Shown one piece after another: positions 9,546 to 19,932 of a DNA stretch of 50,401 bases. The notes under the pieces are model-generated. The model did not search any database. It was not told the DNA's origin and saw only the letters and a program-made list of their open reading frames with translations. The number at the start of each line of letters is the position of its first letter. Position 1 is the first letter of the stretch. Position numbers and translations under genes: made by a program. This stretch comes from Candidatus Omnitrophota bacterium (GTDB lineage: Bacteria; Omnitrophota; Gorgyraeia; Gygaellales; Gygaellaceae): the NCBI GenBank assembly GCA_018400015.1, contig JAGYNB010000002.1:1-50401 (forward strand), given 5' to 3'.

Positions 9546-10645
9546 ATATGAGAGCGAAATTAGTTTTAGAAGACGGTAAGGTATTTGAAGGTTATTCTTT
9601 TGCCGCAGAAGGCGAGGCCTGCGCAGAGGTGGTATTTAATACCAGTATGAGCGGATATCAGGAGGTTTTAACAGACCCATCGTATAAAGGCCAAATCGTC
9701 GCCATGACCTATCCTTTAATCGGCAATTACGGAGTGAACTCTGAAGATGTGGAGTCTTCAAAGACACATCTTAGCGGTTTTATAGTAAAAGAATACAGCC
9801 GTATAAAAAGTTCCTGGCGCGCGGATAAGACATTGCCGGCATATTTAAAAGAAAATAATATTATTGGAATCGAAGGAATTGATACGCGCTCCTTAACTCG
9901 TCATATCCGCTTAAAAGGAGCGATGAAGGCAGTTATATCCACAAAAGACCTGGATAACTCAAGTCTTATGAGAAAAGCAAAAACATCTTTAGGGCTAGTG
10001 GGTCGCGATCTGGTAAAAGAGGTAAGCTGTAAAAAATCTTACGAAGCCGTAGATATAATTAGTACTAAAACTCATAATAATACGATGAAAAAAGTAATCG
10101 CCATAGATTTCGGTATAAAATACAATATCCTGCGTTGCCTTATCAATTCAGGCTGCAGCGTAAAGGTGGTGCCGGCAACCACTACGGCTGAAGAAATTTT
10201 AAATGAAAATCCCGACGGAGTGTTTTTATCCAATGGTCCCGGAGATCCGGCGCCTTTAAGTTACGCTATTGAAACAGTCAAAAACTTGTTAGGTAAAATC
10301 CCCATTTTCGGAATCTGTCTGGGGCATCAGATAATCGGCCTTGCTTTCGACGGGGCATCTTACAAACTGCGTTTCGGCCATCACGGCGCAAACCATCCGG
10401 TTAAGGATTTAGCTTCTGGCAAGATTTCCATTACCTCGCAAAACCATGGGTTTTGTATAGATGCGGATTCGCTTAAAAATAAAGATATTACCACAACACA
10501 TATAAATTTAAACGATAACACACTGGAAGGCTTTGAAAACAAGGATATGAAAGTTTTTTGCGTGCAGTTTCATCCTGAGAGTGCACCCGGACCGCATGAT
10601 GCGCAGTATTTATTCGATAAGTTTATAAAGTTAATGGAGAAATAG
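9542..10645 (+). CDS. carA: Carbamoyl-phosphate synthase small (glutaminase) subunit
   Basis: The protein has the class I GATase motifs GICLGHQ and QFHPES. Its start overlaps the upstream stop (ATGA). Confidence 0.96.
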   Translation: MNMRAKLVLEDGKVFEGYSFAAEGEACAEVVFNTSMSGYQEVLTDPSYKGQIVAMTYPLIGNYGVNSEDVESSKTHLSGFIVKEYSRIKSSWRADKTLPAYLKENNIIGIEGIDTRSLTRHIRLKGAMKAVISTKDLDNSSLMRKAKTSLGLVGRDLVKEVSCKKSYEAVDIISTKTHNNTMKKVIAIDFGIKYNILRCLINSGCSVKVVPATTTAEEILNENPDGVFLSNGPGDPAPLSYAIETVKNLLGKIPIFGICLGHQIIGLAFDGASYKLRFGHHGANHPVKDLASGKISITSQNHGFCIDADSLKNKDITTTHINLNDNTLEGFENKDMKVFCVQFHPESAPGPHDAQYLFDKFIKLMEK

Positions 10646-10647
10646 AA

Positions 10648-13600
10648 GTGCCGAAAAGACTTGATATAAAAAAGATTTTGATAATTGGCTCTGGCCCGAT
10701 TATTATCGGCCAGGCATGTGAGTTTGATTATTCCGGAACCCAGGCCTGTAAGGCTTTAAAAGAAGAGGGTTTTAAGGTGGTCTTGGTGAATTCCAACCCG
10801 GCAACGATTATGACTGATCCGGAAGTAGCAGACGCAACCTATATCGAGCCGATTAATGCTGAAGTCCTGGAGAAAATCATCATAAAAGAAAAGCCGGATG
10901 CCGTGCTTCCCACTTTAGGCGGTCAGACAGCTCTTAATACGGCAATGAAGGCAAAGGAACTGGGGATATTCGATAAATATAAAGTGGAAATGATCGGCGC
11001 TGATTACGATACGATAAAAAAAGCAGAGGATAGAAAACATTTTAAAAATGCAATGTTAAAAATCGGCTTAGACCTGCCTAAAAGCGGCTTAGCCTACAAT
11101 ATGAAACAGGCAAAAGAAGTTTTAGAGCAAATCAAACTTCCTGTAATTATTAGGCCCAGTTTTACCCTTGGCGGTACAGGCGGCGGTATTGCCAATGATT
11201 ATGAAGAGTTCAAGCGCGTTGCATCATTGGGATTAAAAAACAGCATGATCAGCGAAATATTGATTGAAGAATCTATTTTCGGCTGGAAAGAGTATGAGCT
11301 GGAAGTAATGCGCGATAAAAAAGATAATGTGGTGATAATCTGTTCTATTGAAAATCTTGACCCCATGGGAGTACATACCGGAGACTCCATAACCGTTGCG
11401 CCACAGCAGACTTTGACTGACAGGGAATACCAGGTAATGCGCGATGCTTCAATAGCGATCATCAGAGAAATCGGCGTGGAAACAGGCGGCTCTAATATCC
11501 AGTTTGCCGTAAACCCGGCAACAGGCAGAATGGTTGTTATTGAAATGAACCCGCGTGTTTCACGCAGTTCTGCTTTGGCCAGTAAGGCAACGGGTTTTCC
11601 TATAGCGAAGTTTGCTGCTAAATTAGCCGTTGGTTATACGCTCGATGAGATTAGAAACGATATCACAAGAGAAACCCCGGCTTGTTTTGAACCGACTATT
11701 GATTATTGCGTGGTAAAGGTTCCTAGATTCACCTTTGAGAAATTTCCCGAGGCAAAAGATGTTTTAGGTATTTCCATGAAATCAGTCGGCGAAACTATGG
11801 CTATAGGCAGAAATTTCAAAGAGGCTCTGCAGAAAGCCCTAAGAGGCTTAGAAATCGGCCATGTGGGGTTAGATAATAAGCTTGATTATAAAGAAATCCC
11901 TGAGGAAAAAATTAATTTAAGGCTAAAAGAAGCCAATGCCTCAAGGATTTTTTATATCAAATATGCTTTGCAAAAAGGCTATAGCATAGAAAAAATAAAT
12001 GACTTTACAGGTATAGATATCTGGTTTTTGGATAATATAAAACAGATTGTGGATTTTGAATCTGAGATTGTTTCGGCAGGGCTAGGGATTTCTAAAACAA
12101 AACTTTCAAAGGCAAAACAGTTTGGTTTTAGCGATGTTCAGCTTGCGCAGTTATTAAATTCAACTGAATCCAACATAAGAGAAGTAAGAAAAAAACAATC
12201 AGTTCTGCCCACGTTTAAACTAGTAGATACCTGCGCCGGGGAATTCGAAGCCTACACGCCATATTATTATTCTACCTATGAAACAGAGTGCGAGGCGCGG
12301 CCTTCAAAAAGAAAGAAAATAATGATTTTAGGAGGCGGTCCCAACAGAATCGGCCAGGGCATTGAGTTTGATTATTGCTGTTGCCATGCATCATTTGCCC
12401 TGAAAGAATTGGGATTTGAAACAATAATGGTAAATTCCAACCCTGAAACCGTATCCACCGACTATGATACTTCTGATAAGCTTTATTTCGAGCCCCTGAC
12501 ATTTGAAGATGTAATGAATATTATCGATAAGGAAAATCCAGATGGGGTGATTGTACAGTTTGGCGGGCAAACCCCGCTTAATTTATCACGAAGATTAAAA
12601 GATGCGGGCGTGAATATTATCGGTACAAGCGTTGAGGCAATCGATAAAGCAGAAGACAGGGAAAAATTTGCCGCAGTTATCAAAAAACTAAAAATTAACC
12701 AGCCGCCTAATGGATTTGCCCTTAACTATGGGCAAATAAAAAAAGAAGCTGTGCGCATCGGCTATCCTGCATTGGTGAGACCTTCTTATGTTTTAGGCGG
12801 GAGGGCAATGAGGATAGTTTATAACGATAATGATTTGGATGGATTTATTGCTGAATTAAAAGAGTCTTTTGACAGTTGTTCAGTATTAATCGATAAATTC
12901 CTGGATGGTGCAATCGAAGTGGATGTCGATGCGATAAGCGATTCTCATCAGACGGTTATCGGCGGAATAATGGAGCATATTGAAGAAGCAGGGATACATT
13001 CCGGGGATTCGGCATGCGTATTGCCTGCGCATACCTTGGATGAGAAGATGCTTCAAGAAATCAGACGCCAGACAATTATGCTTTCTGAGGAGTTAAAGGT
13101 CAAGGGGCTAATCAATATTCAATTTGCCGTAAAGGCAAGTACGGTGTATGTCTTAGAAGTCAATCCGCGCGCATCAAGAACAGTGCCGTTTGTCAGTAAG
13201 GCAACAGGGGTACCGTTAGCAAAAATGGCTGCTAAAATTATGGCTGGCGTAACTCTCAAAGAACTAGGATTAACAAAAGAAAAAAGTATAAATTATTATT
13301 GCGTTAAAGAATCTGTCTTGCCGTTTTCCAGGTTTTCCGGAGTGGATATCCTTCTTGGTCCGGAGATGAAATCTACCGGAGAAGTCATGGGGATAGATTA
13401 TAGTTTTGGCGTAGCGTTTTATAAGTCTCAAATCGCCGCAAATAACATTCTTCCTAAAAAAGGCAATGTATTTATAAGCGTTAATAATCTTGATAAAAGA
13501 AATATCGTTTTTATTGCCAAGGCGTTAAAGGAAATGGACTTTAAGATAGTTGCTACTTCCGGCACGGCAAAAGTATTGATTTCTAATGGGATAACCTGCC

Positions 13601-13869
13601 GCATTGTCGGTAAAATCGCAGAAGGGAAAACAGAACTTTTAAGCCTGATAAAAGAAGGAGAAATAAACCTTATTATCAACACGCCTTCTCCGTCGGGAGA
13701 GCGTTCCGATATGAGGCTTATTAGAAATGCCGCAGTTATGCATGCAGTACCTTATATAACTACAATCCAAGGAGCGCAGGCAGTAGTTAACGGAATGGAA
13801 TCGACGTTTAAAGATGATTTTTCAGTTAAAGCGATACAGGAATATATCAAGGAGGCGAACAATGGCTAA
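10648..13869 (+). CDS. carB: Carbamoyl-phosphate synthase large subunit
   Basis: 1073 aa with duplicated ATP-grasp halves ([21 protein letters not shown] and [21 protein letters not shown]) and an MGS-like C-terminal domain. It uses a GTG start with a GGAGA Shine-Dalgarno upstream. Confidence 0.97.
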   Translation: MPKRLDIKKILIIGSGPIIIGQACEFDYSGTQACKALKEEGFKVVLVNSNPATIMTDPEVADATYIEPINAEVLEKIIIKEKPDAVLPTLGGQTALNTAMKAKELGIFDKYKVEMIGADYDTIKKAEDRKHFKNAMLKIGLDLPKSGLAYNMKQAKEVLEQIKLPVIIRPSFTLGGTGGGIANDYEEFKRVASLGLKNSMISEILIEESIFGWKEYELEVMRDKKDNVVIICSIENLDPMGVHTGDSITVAPQQTLTDREYQVMRDASIAIIREIGVETGGSNIQFAVNPATGRMVVIEMNPRVSRSSALASKATGFPIAKFAAKLAVGYTLDEIRNDITRETPACFEPTIDYCVVKVPRFTFEKFPEAKDVLGISMKSVGETMAIGRNFKEALQKALRGLEIGHVGLDNKLDYKEIPEEKINLRLKEANASRIFYIKYALQKGYSIEKINDFTGIDIWFLDNIKQIVDFESEIVSAGLGISKTKLSKAKQFGFSDVQLAQLLNSTESNIREVRKKQSVLPTFKLVDTCAGEFEAYTPYYYSTYETECEARPSKRKKIMILGGGPNRIGQGIEFDYCCCHASFALKELGFETIMVNSNPETVSTDYDTSDKLYFEPLTFEDVMNIIDKENPDGVIVQFGGQTPLNLSRRLKDAGVNIIGTSVEAIDKAEDREKFAAVIKKLKINQPPNGFALNYGQIKKEAVRIGYPALVRPSYVLGGRAMRIVYNDNDLDGFIAELKESFDSCSVLIDKFLDGAIEVDVDAISDSHQTVIGGIMEHIEEAGIHSGDSACVLPAHTLDEKMLQEIRRQTIMLSEELKVKGLINIQFAVKASTVYVLEVNPRASRTVPFVSKATGVPLAKMAAKIMAGVTLKELGLTKEKSINYYCVKESVLPFSRFSGVDILLGPEMKSTGEVMGIDYSFGVAFYKSQIAANNILPKKGNVFISVNNLDKRNIVFIAKALKEMDFKIVATSGTAKVLISNGITCRIVGKIAEGKTELLSLIKEGEINLIINTPSPSGERSDMRLIRNAAVMHAVPYITTIQGAQAVVNGMESTFKDDFSVKAIQEYIKEANNG

Positions 13870-15457
13870 ATATATTTTCGTTACCGGAGGAGTTGTTTCA
13901 AGTTTAGGCAAAGGCATAGCGTCTGCTTCAATTGGAAAGCTTCTTGAGTCAAGAGGGTTAAACGTTGCCTTGGTAAAATGCGATCCTTATATTAATGTCG
14001 ATCCAGGTACGATGAATCCCTTTCAGCACGGAGAGGTCTATGTTACAGAAGACGGCGCCGAGACCGATTTAGACCTGGGGCATTACGAACGTTTTACCAA
14101 TGCAAAATTAACCAAAGACAATAATATTACCACTGGTAAGATTTATCACAGTGTTATATCCAGAGAAAGAAAAGGCGGTTATTTGGGCAAGACCGTCCAA
14201 ATTATTCCGCATATAACCGATGAGATAATGATAAGTATTAAAAAAGTCGCTTACGGTAAGAAAGTTGATGTTGTTATCGTTGAAATCGGCGGTACGGTTG
14301 GCGATATCGAAAGCCTTCCTTTTTTAGAGGCGATAAGACAGCTCAAGCTGGAATTAGGCAAAGAATACGCAATCAATATCCATGTAACGTTAGTTCCTTA
14401 CATAAAAACAGCAGGAGAAGTTAAAACAAAACTTACGCAGCACAGCGTAGGCCGTTTAAGAGAAATCGGCATAATTCCGGATATAATCCTTTGCCGCAGC
14501 GAAAGTCATCTTAATAACCAGGTGAAAGATAAGATTGCTTTATTCTGTAGTGTGGATAAGGAAGCGGTTATTTCCGCAGTTGATGTAGAAAATATTTACG
14601 AAGTACCTGTAAGTCTTAAAAAAGAAGGCTTGGACAGGTTGATCGTAAAGCTTTTAAATCTTAAGTGCGCCGAAAGCAGCCTTAGCGACTGGGAAGAAAA
14701 GGTTTTAAAAAGATTGGATAATAATGAAAAAAAAGTCTCCATTGCGGTCGTGGGTAAATATATTACTTTGCAGGATGCGTATAAGTCCATATATGAGGCG
14801 TTAGCGCATGGCGCGATAGCTAATAATGTCGATCTCGATATAAAAAGAATAGATTCTGAAGATATCGAAAATCAAGGCGTAGACAATCTTTTAAAAGGGG
14901 TAAATGGAATCCTTATTCCCGGAGGTTTTGGCAAGCGCGGCATAGAAGGTAAAATTGATGCAGTTAAATATGCTAGAGAAAATCAAATTCCTTTTTTGGG
15001 GATATGTTTAGGGATGCAAGTAACTGTTATTGAGTTTGCAAGAAACGTATGCAATTTAAAAAAAGCAAATTCTACGGAGTTTGATGCGAATACTAAATTT
15101 TCAATAGTGAGCTTATTAGAAGAGCAGAAGAAAATTAACGCACTTGGTGCAACTATGCGTTTAGGCGCATATGAATGTAAAATCAAAAAACCTTCTTTGG
15201 CCAGCTCAATTTATAAAAAACAAAAGATATATGAACGTCATAGACATAGGTATGAATTCAATAATGCTTTTAAACAGCTTCTTGAAAAAAAAGGATTAGT
15301 ATTTTCAGGCATTAATCCTGGGTCTGGGCTTGTAGAGATAATTGAATTAGCCAAACATCCGTTTTTTATTGCCTGTCAGTTCCATCCGGAGTTTAAATCA
15401 AAGCCTGACAGGGCGCACCCAATATTTGCAGCTTTTATAAAAGCTGCGGTAGAATAA
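13862..15457 (+). CDS. pyrG: CTP synthase
   Basis: The N-terminus [18 protein letters not shown] is canonical, and the GATase motifs GICLGMQ and QFHPEF are present. I prefer the ATG at 13862 over the upstream ATG at 13814, which would add a non-conserved 16-aa extension. The gene overlaps carB by 8 nt. Confidence 0.96.
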   Translation: MAKYIFVTGGVVSSLGKGIASASIGKLLESRGLNVALVKCDPYINVDPGTMNPFQHGEVYVTEDGAETDLDLGHYERFTNAKLTKDNNITTGKIYHSVISRERKGGYLGKTVQIIPHITDEIMISIKKVAYGKKVDVVIVEIGGTVGDIESLPFLEAIRQLKLELGKEYAINIHVTLVPYIKTAGEVKTKLTQHSVGRLREIGIIPDIILCRSESHLNNQVKDKIALFCSVDKEAVISAVDVENIYEVPVSLKKEGLDRLIVKLLNLKCAESSLSDWEEKVLKRLDNNEKKVSIAVVGKYITLQDAYKSIYEALAHGAIANNVDLDIKRIDSEDIENQGVDNLLKGVNGILIPGGFGKRGIEGKIDAVKYARENQIPFLGICLGMQVTVIEFARNVCNLKKANSTEFDANTKFSIVSLLEEQKKINALGATMRLGAYECKIKKPSLASSIYKKQKIYERHRHRYEFNNAFKQLLEKKGLVFSGINPGSGLVEIIELAKHPFFIACQFHPEFKSKPDRAHPIFAAFIKAAVE

Positions 15458-15479
15458 TAGATCAGCAAGATTATTCTAC
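15449..15479 (+). terminator. 10-bp hairpin spanning the pyrG stop codon (weak terminator candidate)
   Basis: The arm gtagaataat (15449-15458) is the perfect reverse complement of attattctac (15470-15479), with an 11-nt loop. There is no clean T-tract afterwards, so function is uncertain. Confidence 0.35.
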
Positions 15480-15558
15480 TAATAGTTAATTCTCTCTAAA
15501 GAAAACTTTACCTTTTTTCCCCCAGATGTTAGACTATTAATAATTATATACTAAAATT

Positions 15559-16908
15559 ATGCTACTAATTAATCCTGTCTATTTGGATTTTATCCATTCC
15601 TGCAAGATGAATCTGGGTTTAAGTTATATTGCGTCTAGCCTGCGAGCCAAAGGCAAGAAAACAAAACTAATAAATTGCCAGCTTAAGACAAAACCAGATT
15701 ATGAAAAGGACATATTGTCTTCGCTAAATGAATATAATTATGTCGGTATTACTACCAATGCCGGCAATATAACAAGCGCCTTGGAGATAGCGAAGTTTAT
15801 CAGGGAAAATTATCCACAGAAAAAAATAGTTTTTGGCGGGCCGCAGGCAACCGCGGTATATAAAAGGCTAATTCCTGAATATGCTGACATCGTTGTAAGA
15901 GGTGAAGGCGAAGAGGCAGTTTGCGAACTGTTTGATACGGATTTAGCAGAAATAAAAGGTATTGCTTATTGGGATAACGGGTTAAAAGTAAATGAAACTC
16001 GTCTTAAAAATGCGAATCTTGATGACTTAAGCTGGCCGGCGCATGAACTGTTCCTGGATTCTTACAAATATTGTATTTTTGCTAATGGAGTATGTGCGCA
16101 AGTTTTAACCAGTCGGGGGTGCAGCTTTAGATGTTATTTTTGTTCCCGTTCTGCATATGGTCGCGGAGTAAGATTAAGAAATATTGACAGCGTCTTAGAA
16201 GAAATAGATTATTTGATAAATAATCTGGGCGTTAGGTATGTTGAGATTATAGATGAGTGTTTTACGTCATTTCCTGCAAGGGTCAAGGAATTCTGCGAAA
16301 AACTAATCAGAAAAAACTATAAAAGAGTTACCTTCACGATCAATAACGGGGTAAGGCCTGATGTGTGCGATATGGAAATGTTTGCACTTATTAAAAAAGC
16401 TGGTTTTAAGCAGATCCGTTTTGGTATTGAAAGCGGCTCACAAAGAGTTTTAAATGAGATGAATAAAAATCTTGATTTGTCTAAGGTTAGGCCTACTGTT
16501 ATGGCGGCAAAAAAATCTGGCTTAGGAATAAGCGCTTACTTTATGCTTGGGTTCCCCGGTGAGACTCTAAAGTCAATGCGCCAGACAATTGATTTTGCCA
16601 AAAGTCTTCCTTTGTATAGGGCAATGTTTGCTATAGCCGCACCTTTTGCAGGAAGCGAGCTTTATGAAATAGTCAGAAAAAAAGGAGAGTTCCTTACTGA
16701 TATCGAGCTAAGTTCCGTAAGCGTATTTAAAGCGTCTTCTCAAATGCCGACTCTTAGCGCTGAAGATATTGAAAGCTATCTTAAAAAAGCATATAAAGAA
16801 TTCTATCTTAGACCTGGGTTTATGTTAAAGCGCATTGTCGCAGAAGGAGTATTTATGCTGCCGATGATTTTAAAAAGATTTAAGATAGAATCTAAATATA
16901 AAATATAA
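15559..16908 (+). CDS. B12-binding-domain radical SAM protein (class B type)
   Basis: The N-terminal Rossmann-like B12 domain reads LLINP...GLSYIASSL...VGITT...VFGGPQAT. The CX3CX2C cluster is in TSRGCSFRCYFCS. I saw no C-terminal SPASM-like Cys cluster. Confidence 0.85.
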   Translation: MLLINPVYLDFIHSCKMNLGLSYIASSLRAKGKKTKLINCQLKTKPDYEKDILSSLNEYNYVGITTNAGNITSALEIAKFIRENYPQKKIVFGGPQATAVYKRLIPEYADIVVRGEGEEAVCELFDTDLAEIKGIAYWDNGLKVNETRLKNANLDDLSWPAHELFLDSYKYCIFANGVCAQVLTSRGCSFRCYFCSRSAYGRGVRLRNIDSVLEEIDYLINNLGVRYVEIIDECFTSFPARVKEFCEKLIRKNYKRVTFTINNGVRPDVCDMEMFALIKKAGFKQIRFGIESGSQRVLNEMNKNLDLSKVRPTVMAAKKSGLGISAYFMLGFPGETLKSMRQTIDFAKSLPLYRAMFAIAAPFAGSELYEIVRKKGEFLTDIELSSVSVFKASSQMPTLSAEDIESYLKKAYKEFYLRPGFMLKRIVAEGVFMLPMILKRFKIESKYKI

Positions 16909-16963
16909 AAAATAAATATATTTATCTTGTTTTAATATTAATTTAGTAGTAACATAAAACTAC

Positions 16964-16982
16964 CAGCCACTAAAGGTGGCTG
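16964..16982 (+). promoter_or_regulatory. Hairpin overlapping the ribosome-binding site of the following gene
   Basis: The arm cagccac (16964-16970) pairs with gtggctg (16976-16982) around the loop taaag. The only Shine-Dalgarno-like element (aaggtgg, 16972-16978) lies in the loop and 3' arm, and the ATG is at 16984. Confidence 0.35.
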
Positions 16983-16983
16983 T

Positions 16984-17490
16984 ATGAAAAAATACAGAAA
17001 ACAAAGACAGTTTTATATTAAAATTTGCTGTCTTTTTTTATTTGCCCTCTTTTTATTAGAAGCCGTTTGTTTTGCCTACCCAAGGGAATATTATTATTCG
17101 GTATATAGAAAGCCAAAATATGACCGCGGTATGAATTTTGAGATCGATTTCGATGAGTTGGAAAACGAGCTAAATATATTTATAAACAGAGACTTTTATG
17201 CTCAAAATTTAAAGCCTGCAGATTTTACCCAGCCAGTTATAAGCAATATTATTGTTTCACCAGTCGATAGCATTATTATTACTAAGCAGTATTTTGATAA
17301 AAAAAGCAGTTTTGATGAGTCGTTAAGAGAGGGCAATAAACGCCATTTTAAGTTTAAAAGCGTTATTGGAAAGGTAAACTTTAACCAGCAAAACCAAAAA
17401 CTTCCGCAAAAACTTATATTTGAAGATTCTGACCGCGATGGTATATCTGATTTATACGACAAAAAACCCAATAATCCAAACAAAAGCTAG
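16984..17490 (+). CDS. Secreted hypothetical protein (168 aa) with a C-terminal thrombospondin-type-3-like Ca-binding motif
   Basis: The N-terminus is basic and hydrophobic (KICCLFLFALFLLEAVCFA/YP). The C-terminal DSDRDGISDLYD (17425-17460) fits the DxDxDGxxDxxD pattern. I recognise no other family. Confidence 0.55.
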   Translation: MKKYRKQRQFYIKICCLFLFALFLLEAVCFAYPREYYYSVYRKPKYDRGMNFEIDFDELENELNIFINRDFYAQNLKPADFTQPVISNIIVSPVDSIIITKQYFDKKSSFDESLREGNKRHFKFKSVIGKVNFNQQNQKLPQKLIFEDSDRDGISDLYDKKPNNPNKS

Positions 17491-17522
17491 AATTTTTATC
17501 AAAAATAAACCCTAAAATTATA

Positions 17523-17550
17523 TTGACATCAGTATTTTGCGTAATAGAAT
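17523..17550 (+). promoter_or_regulatory. Candidate sigma70-type promoter for the MEDS gene
   Basis: TTGACA (17523-17528), a 16-nt spacer, then TAGAAT (17545-17550). Confidence 0.5.
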
Positions 17551-17592
17551 GGAATTAAGGGATTTAGTAAAATTTAATTAACTTTTTTGATT

Positions 17593-18189
17593 ATGAGAGA
17601 TTCTGGTATTCCTGTTTTAGGAGAAATAGACTGGGGCGCACATATCTGCCAATTCTACAAAACAGAAGTAGAATTGTTGGATGTTATGGTGGATTATTTT
17701 AGGGCCGGGTTAGAAAACAATGAATTTTGCATTTGGAGCATGCCTGAGTCTTTAGGAATTAAAGGTGCTAAAGAGGCGTTAGCTAAAAAAATCAAGAATC
17801 TTGATAGCTATTTGGACAATAATCAGCTGGAGTTGGTAGACTATAAAGATATCTATTTCAAATCAGGGATATTTTCAGCGCACAATGCGCTTTTTGAGTG
17901 GCATAAAAGAAGCCAGAAAGGCTTAGGGCTGGGTTTTGAAGGGGTGCGGTTGTCTGGTGATGGAAGCTGGGGCCTTGATGAACATTGGCTTAGCCTTTCT
18001 TATTATGAGGCAGAAGTTAATAGAAGTATTGGCGGGGTAAAAACCATTGCCTTGTGCACGTACTGTATAAATAATCTTGATTATGACAAGCTTATACGTG
18101 CAGGGTTCTATCATGACGCTACGATTATAATAAAAGATGGCAGTTTGCGCGTATTTAATGCGCAGGAATTAAAGAAGATAAAATTATGA
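17593..18189 (+). CDS. Stand-alone MEDS-domain protein
   Basis: The sequence HICQFYKTEVELLDVMVDYFRAGLENNEFCIW...VRLSGD resembles the MEDS sensory domain. An alternative TTG start lies at 17587. Confidence 0.72.
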   Translation: MRDSGIPVLGEIDWGAHICQFYKTEVELLDVMVDYFRAGLENNEFCIWSMPESLGIKGAKEALAKKIKNLDSYLDNNQLELVDYKDIYFKSGIFSAHNALFEWHKRSQKGLGLGFEGVRLSGDGSWGLDEHWLSLSYYEAEVNRSIGGVKTIALCTYCINNLDYDKLIRAGFYHDATIIIKDGSLRVFNAQELKKIKL

Positions 18190-18249
18190 TATATTGCTTG
18201 CGTTTTGCTTACGGAGTTTTATAATAAAAATAGATAGTAAAGTATAATT

Positions 18250-18579
18250 ATGCTTAAAAAAAGGTCCATATTTATAATTATTGCGGTTTCAATCATACTG
18301 ACATGTTTTTTTGTGTGTAGTTATATCTACGCTTTAAAGTCGCAGGTAATCTTTTTAACCGGTAATATAGATAAGCTCAACAAAAATGTTGAAGAATTAA
18401 GATTGAGTGCTAAAGAATTAGATTGCTTGAGGCTTAAAGCAGAATTAAATGATCTGCGCAAGAAAATAAAAAGGCTAGAGGCTAGATCTGGAATAGATTC
18501 TGAACAAGCAGATGGTGATAGAATTGGAAACAGAGGTTTTCTATTAAGAGACGGGCAGTCCACAGTTGGAAAAAGGTAA
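18250..18579 (+). CDS. Membrane-anchored coiled-coil protein (109 aa), hypothetical
   Basis: It has one N-terminal TM helix (IFIIIAVSIILTCFFVCSYIYAL) followed by a heptad-like charged segment. Its stop lies 4 nt before the PilZ ATG. Confidence 0.5.
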   Translation: MLKKRSIFIIIAVSIILTCFFVCSYIYALKSQVIFLTGNIDKLNKNVEELRLSAKELDCLRLKAELNDLRKKIKRLEARSGIDSEQADGDRIGNRGFLLRDGQSTVGKR

Positions 18580-18583
18580 AATT

Positions 18584-18922
18584 ATGCAGGAAAAAAGAGA
18601 ATTTAAGCGTTTTAATGTCGAAGTTCCGATTATGTATAGAAGCCTAGATTTAAAAGATTATATGGTTTCCAAGACGGAAAATGTATCTTTGGGAGGATTG
18701 TCTGCAAAAATAGACCTGCATGCCCATAGGAACAGACTGTTGCAGTTTAAGATGGTTATGCCTCAGACGAATGAAATCGTGGAATTTGTCGCCAGGCTTT
18801 CCTGGGGAAAAAGAATCGGCGAATCCAGCTATGAGGCAGGGTTTGAACTTGTCGATGTAGTAACTAATTTTAAAGATCAAGTCGGGCTTCTTTTAAACAA
18901 TCTCACCGCAAGCAGGAATTAA
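18584..18922 (+). CDS. PilZ-domain protein (putative c-di-GMP receptor)
   Basis: Both PilZ motifs are present: RxxxR (REFKR) and D/NxSxxG (NVSLGG). I prefer the ATG at 18584 (AAAAGG 8 nt upstream) over the TTG at 18566. Confidence 0.8.
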   Translation: MQEKREFKRFNVEVPIMYRSLDLKDYMVSKTENVSLGGLSAKIDLHAHRNRLLQFKMVMPQTNEIVEFVARLSWGKRIGESSYEAGFELVDVVTNFKDQVGLLLNNLTASRN

Positions 18923-18945
18923 TATTCACTTTTCTAATTTAATCC

Positions 18946-18973
18946 TTGTCAGAATTTAATCTTTTTGTATAAT
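18946..18973 (+). promoter_or_regulatory. Candidate sigma70 promoter with an extended -10
   Basis: TTGTCA (18946-18951), a 16-nt spacer ending in TG, then TATAAT (18968-18973). It lies 32 nt upstream of the ATG at 19005. Confidence 0.55.
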
Positions 18974-19004
18974 AAGTAATCTTAATTGTTTTATTTTTGG
19001 ATTA

Positions 19005-19859
19005 ATGAAAAAATTTATCATTTTCTCATTTTTATTATTTTTTTTAGGTGTAGGTTCTGCAAAAGCGCAGTCCTTCGATGAAAAACTCACTCATTTGCGT
19101 TGGATCGCCTATTCTCCTACCAGTTACAATCCTGATAAAGCTTTATATCCTGAAGGTATATCTATCATAAAAGATTTAAAAGTGCTTAAAAAATACGGGT
19201 TTGAAGGTATTGTTACTTACGGTGCTTTGAATATCTTAGGTGATATCCCCAGGTTCGCTAAAGAGCTTGGTTTTAAGGGGGTAATTATGGGTATCTGGGA
19301 TATAACCAGCCGAGATGAAATAGTAAATGCAACAATGGCCAAAGATTATGTTGACGGTTATTGTGTGGGCAACGAGGGATTAAATAAAAGCTATGATTTG
19401 GAATCGTTAAAATCCACAATGCAGTCTTTAAAACAAACTACCAAAAGGCCGGTAACTACAACCGAAGAGATATTCGATTACGCCAATAATGAATTGTATG
19501 ACTTAGGCGACTGGATATTTCCCAATATCCACCCGTTTTTATGCAATGTAAAAGACCCTGCAAAAGCAATCTATTGGACGCAAGGACATTACAATATATT
19601 AAAAAAGCATAATTACGATAATCGGCCGATCATTTTTAAAGAAACCGGTTTTCCTACAAAGGGTATGTATGCCGCTACGCAAGAAAATCAAAAAGAATAC
19701 TTCTTGTTGCTTGAGAAGACCAGTATTCCATTTGTATATTTTGAGGCTTTTGACCAGAGTTGGAAGGCGCATTTGCCTTGTGAGATGTACTGGGGGCTAT
19801 TTGATTTAAAACGCCGCCCAAAGAAGTTTATCCACTACAAATTACGCAGTAAAGAATAG
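19005..19859 (+). CDS. Secreted glycoside hydrolase, GH17-like (beta-1,3-glucanase-type TIM barrel)
   Basis: It has a signal peptide (FSFLLFFLGVGSAKA/QS). The motifs GNEG and KETGFPT resemble the two GH17 catalytic Glu motifs (vGNE and sEtGWPs). Confidence 0.65.
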   Translation: MKKFIIFSFLLFFLGVGSAKAQSFDEKLTHLRWIAYSPTSYNPDKALYPEGISIIKDLKVLKKYGFEGIVTYGALNILGDIPRFAKELGFKGVIMGIWDITSRDEIVNATMAKDYVDGYCVGNEGLNKSYDLESLKSTMQSLKQTTKRPVTTTEEIFDYANNELYDLGDWIFPNIHPFLCNVKDPAKAIYWTQGHYNILKKHNYDNRPIIFKETGFPTKGMYAATQENQKEYFLLLEKTSIPFVYFEAFDQSWKAHLPCEMYWGLFDLKRRPKKFIHYKLRSKE

Positions 19860-19903
19860 AGTTTTTTATTCAGTTTTTAGCAAAACCCACTTAGTTATTT
19901 TGT

Positions 19904-19932
19904 TTGACGATATATCAGGAATTTGATATATT
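19904..19932 (+). promoter_or_regulatory. Candidate sigma70 promoter upstream of purB
   Basis: TTGACG (19904-19909), a 17-nt spacer, then TATATT (19927-19932). An AAAGGAG Shine-Dalgarno precedes the ATG at 19987. Confidence 0.45.

Noticed and set aside
13814-13861. The upstream ATG giving pyrG a 16-aa extension ([16 protein letters not shown]).
   Set aside because: The extension lies within the carB coding sequence. The canonical CTP synthase N-terminus [10 protein letters not shown] begins at 13862.
16912-16925. A perfect 14-bp palindrome, ATAAATATATTTAT, just after the radical SAM gene.
   Set aside because: It is pure A/T sequence in an AT-rich spacer. Chance occurrence is plausible and it has no flanking context such as a T-tract or a repeat elsewhere in the window.
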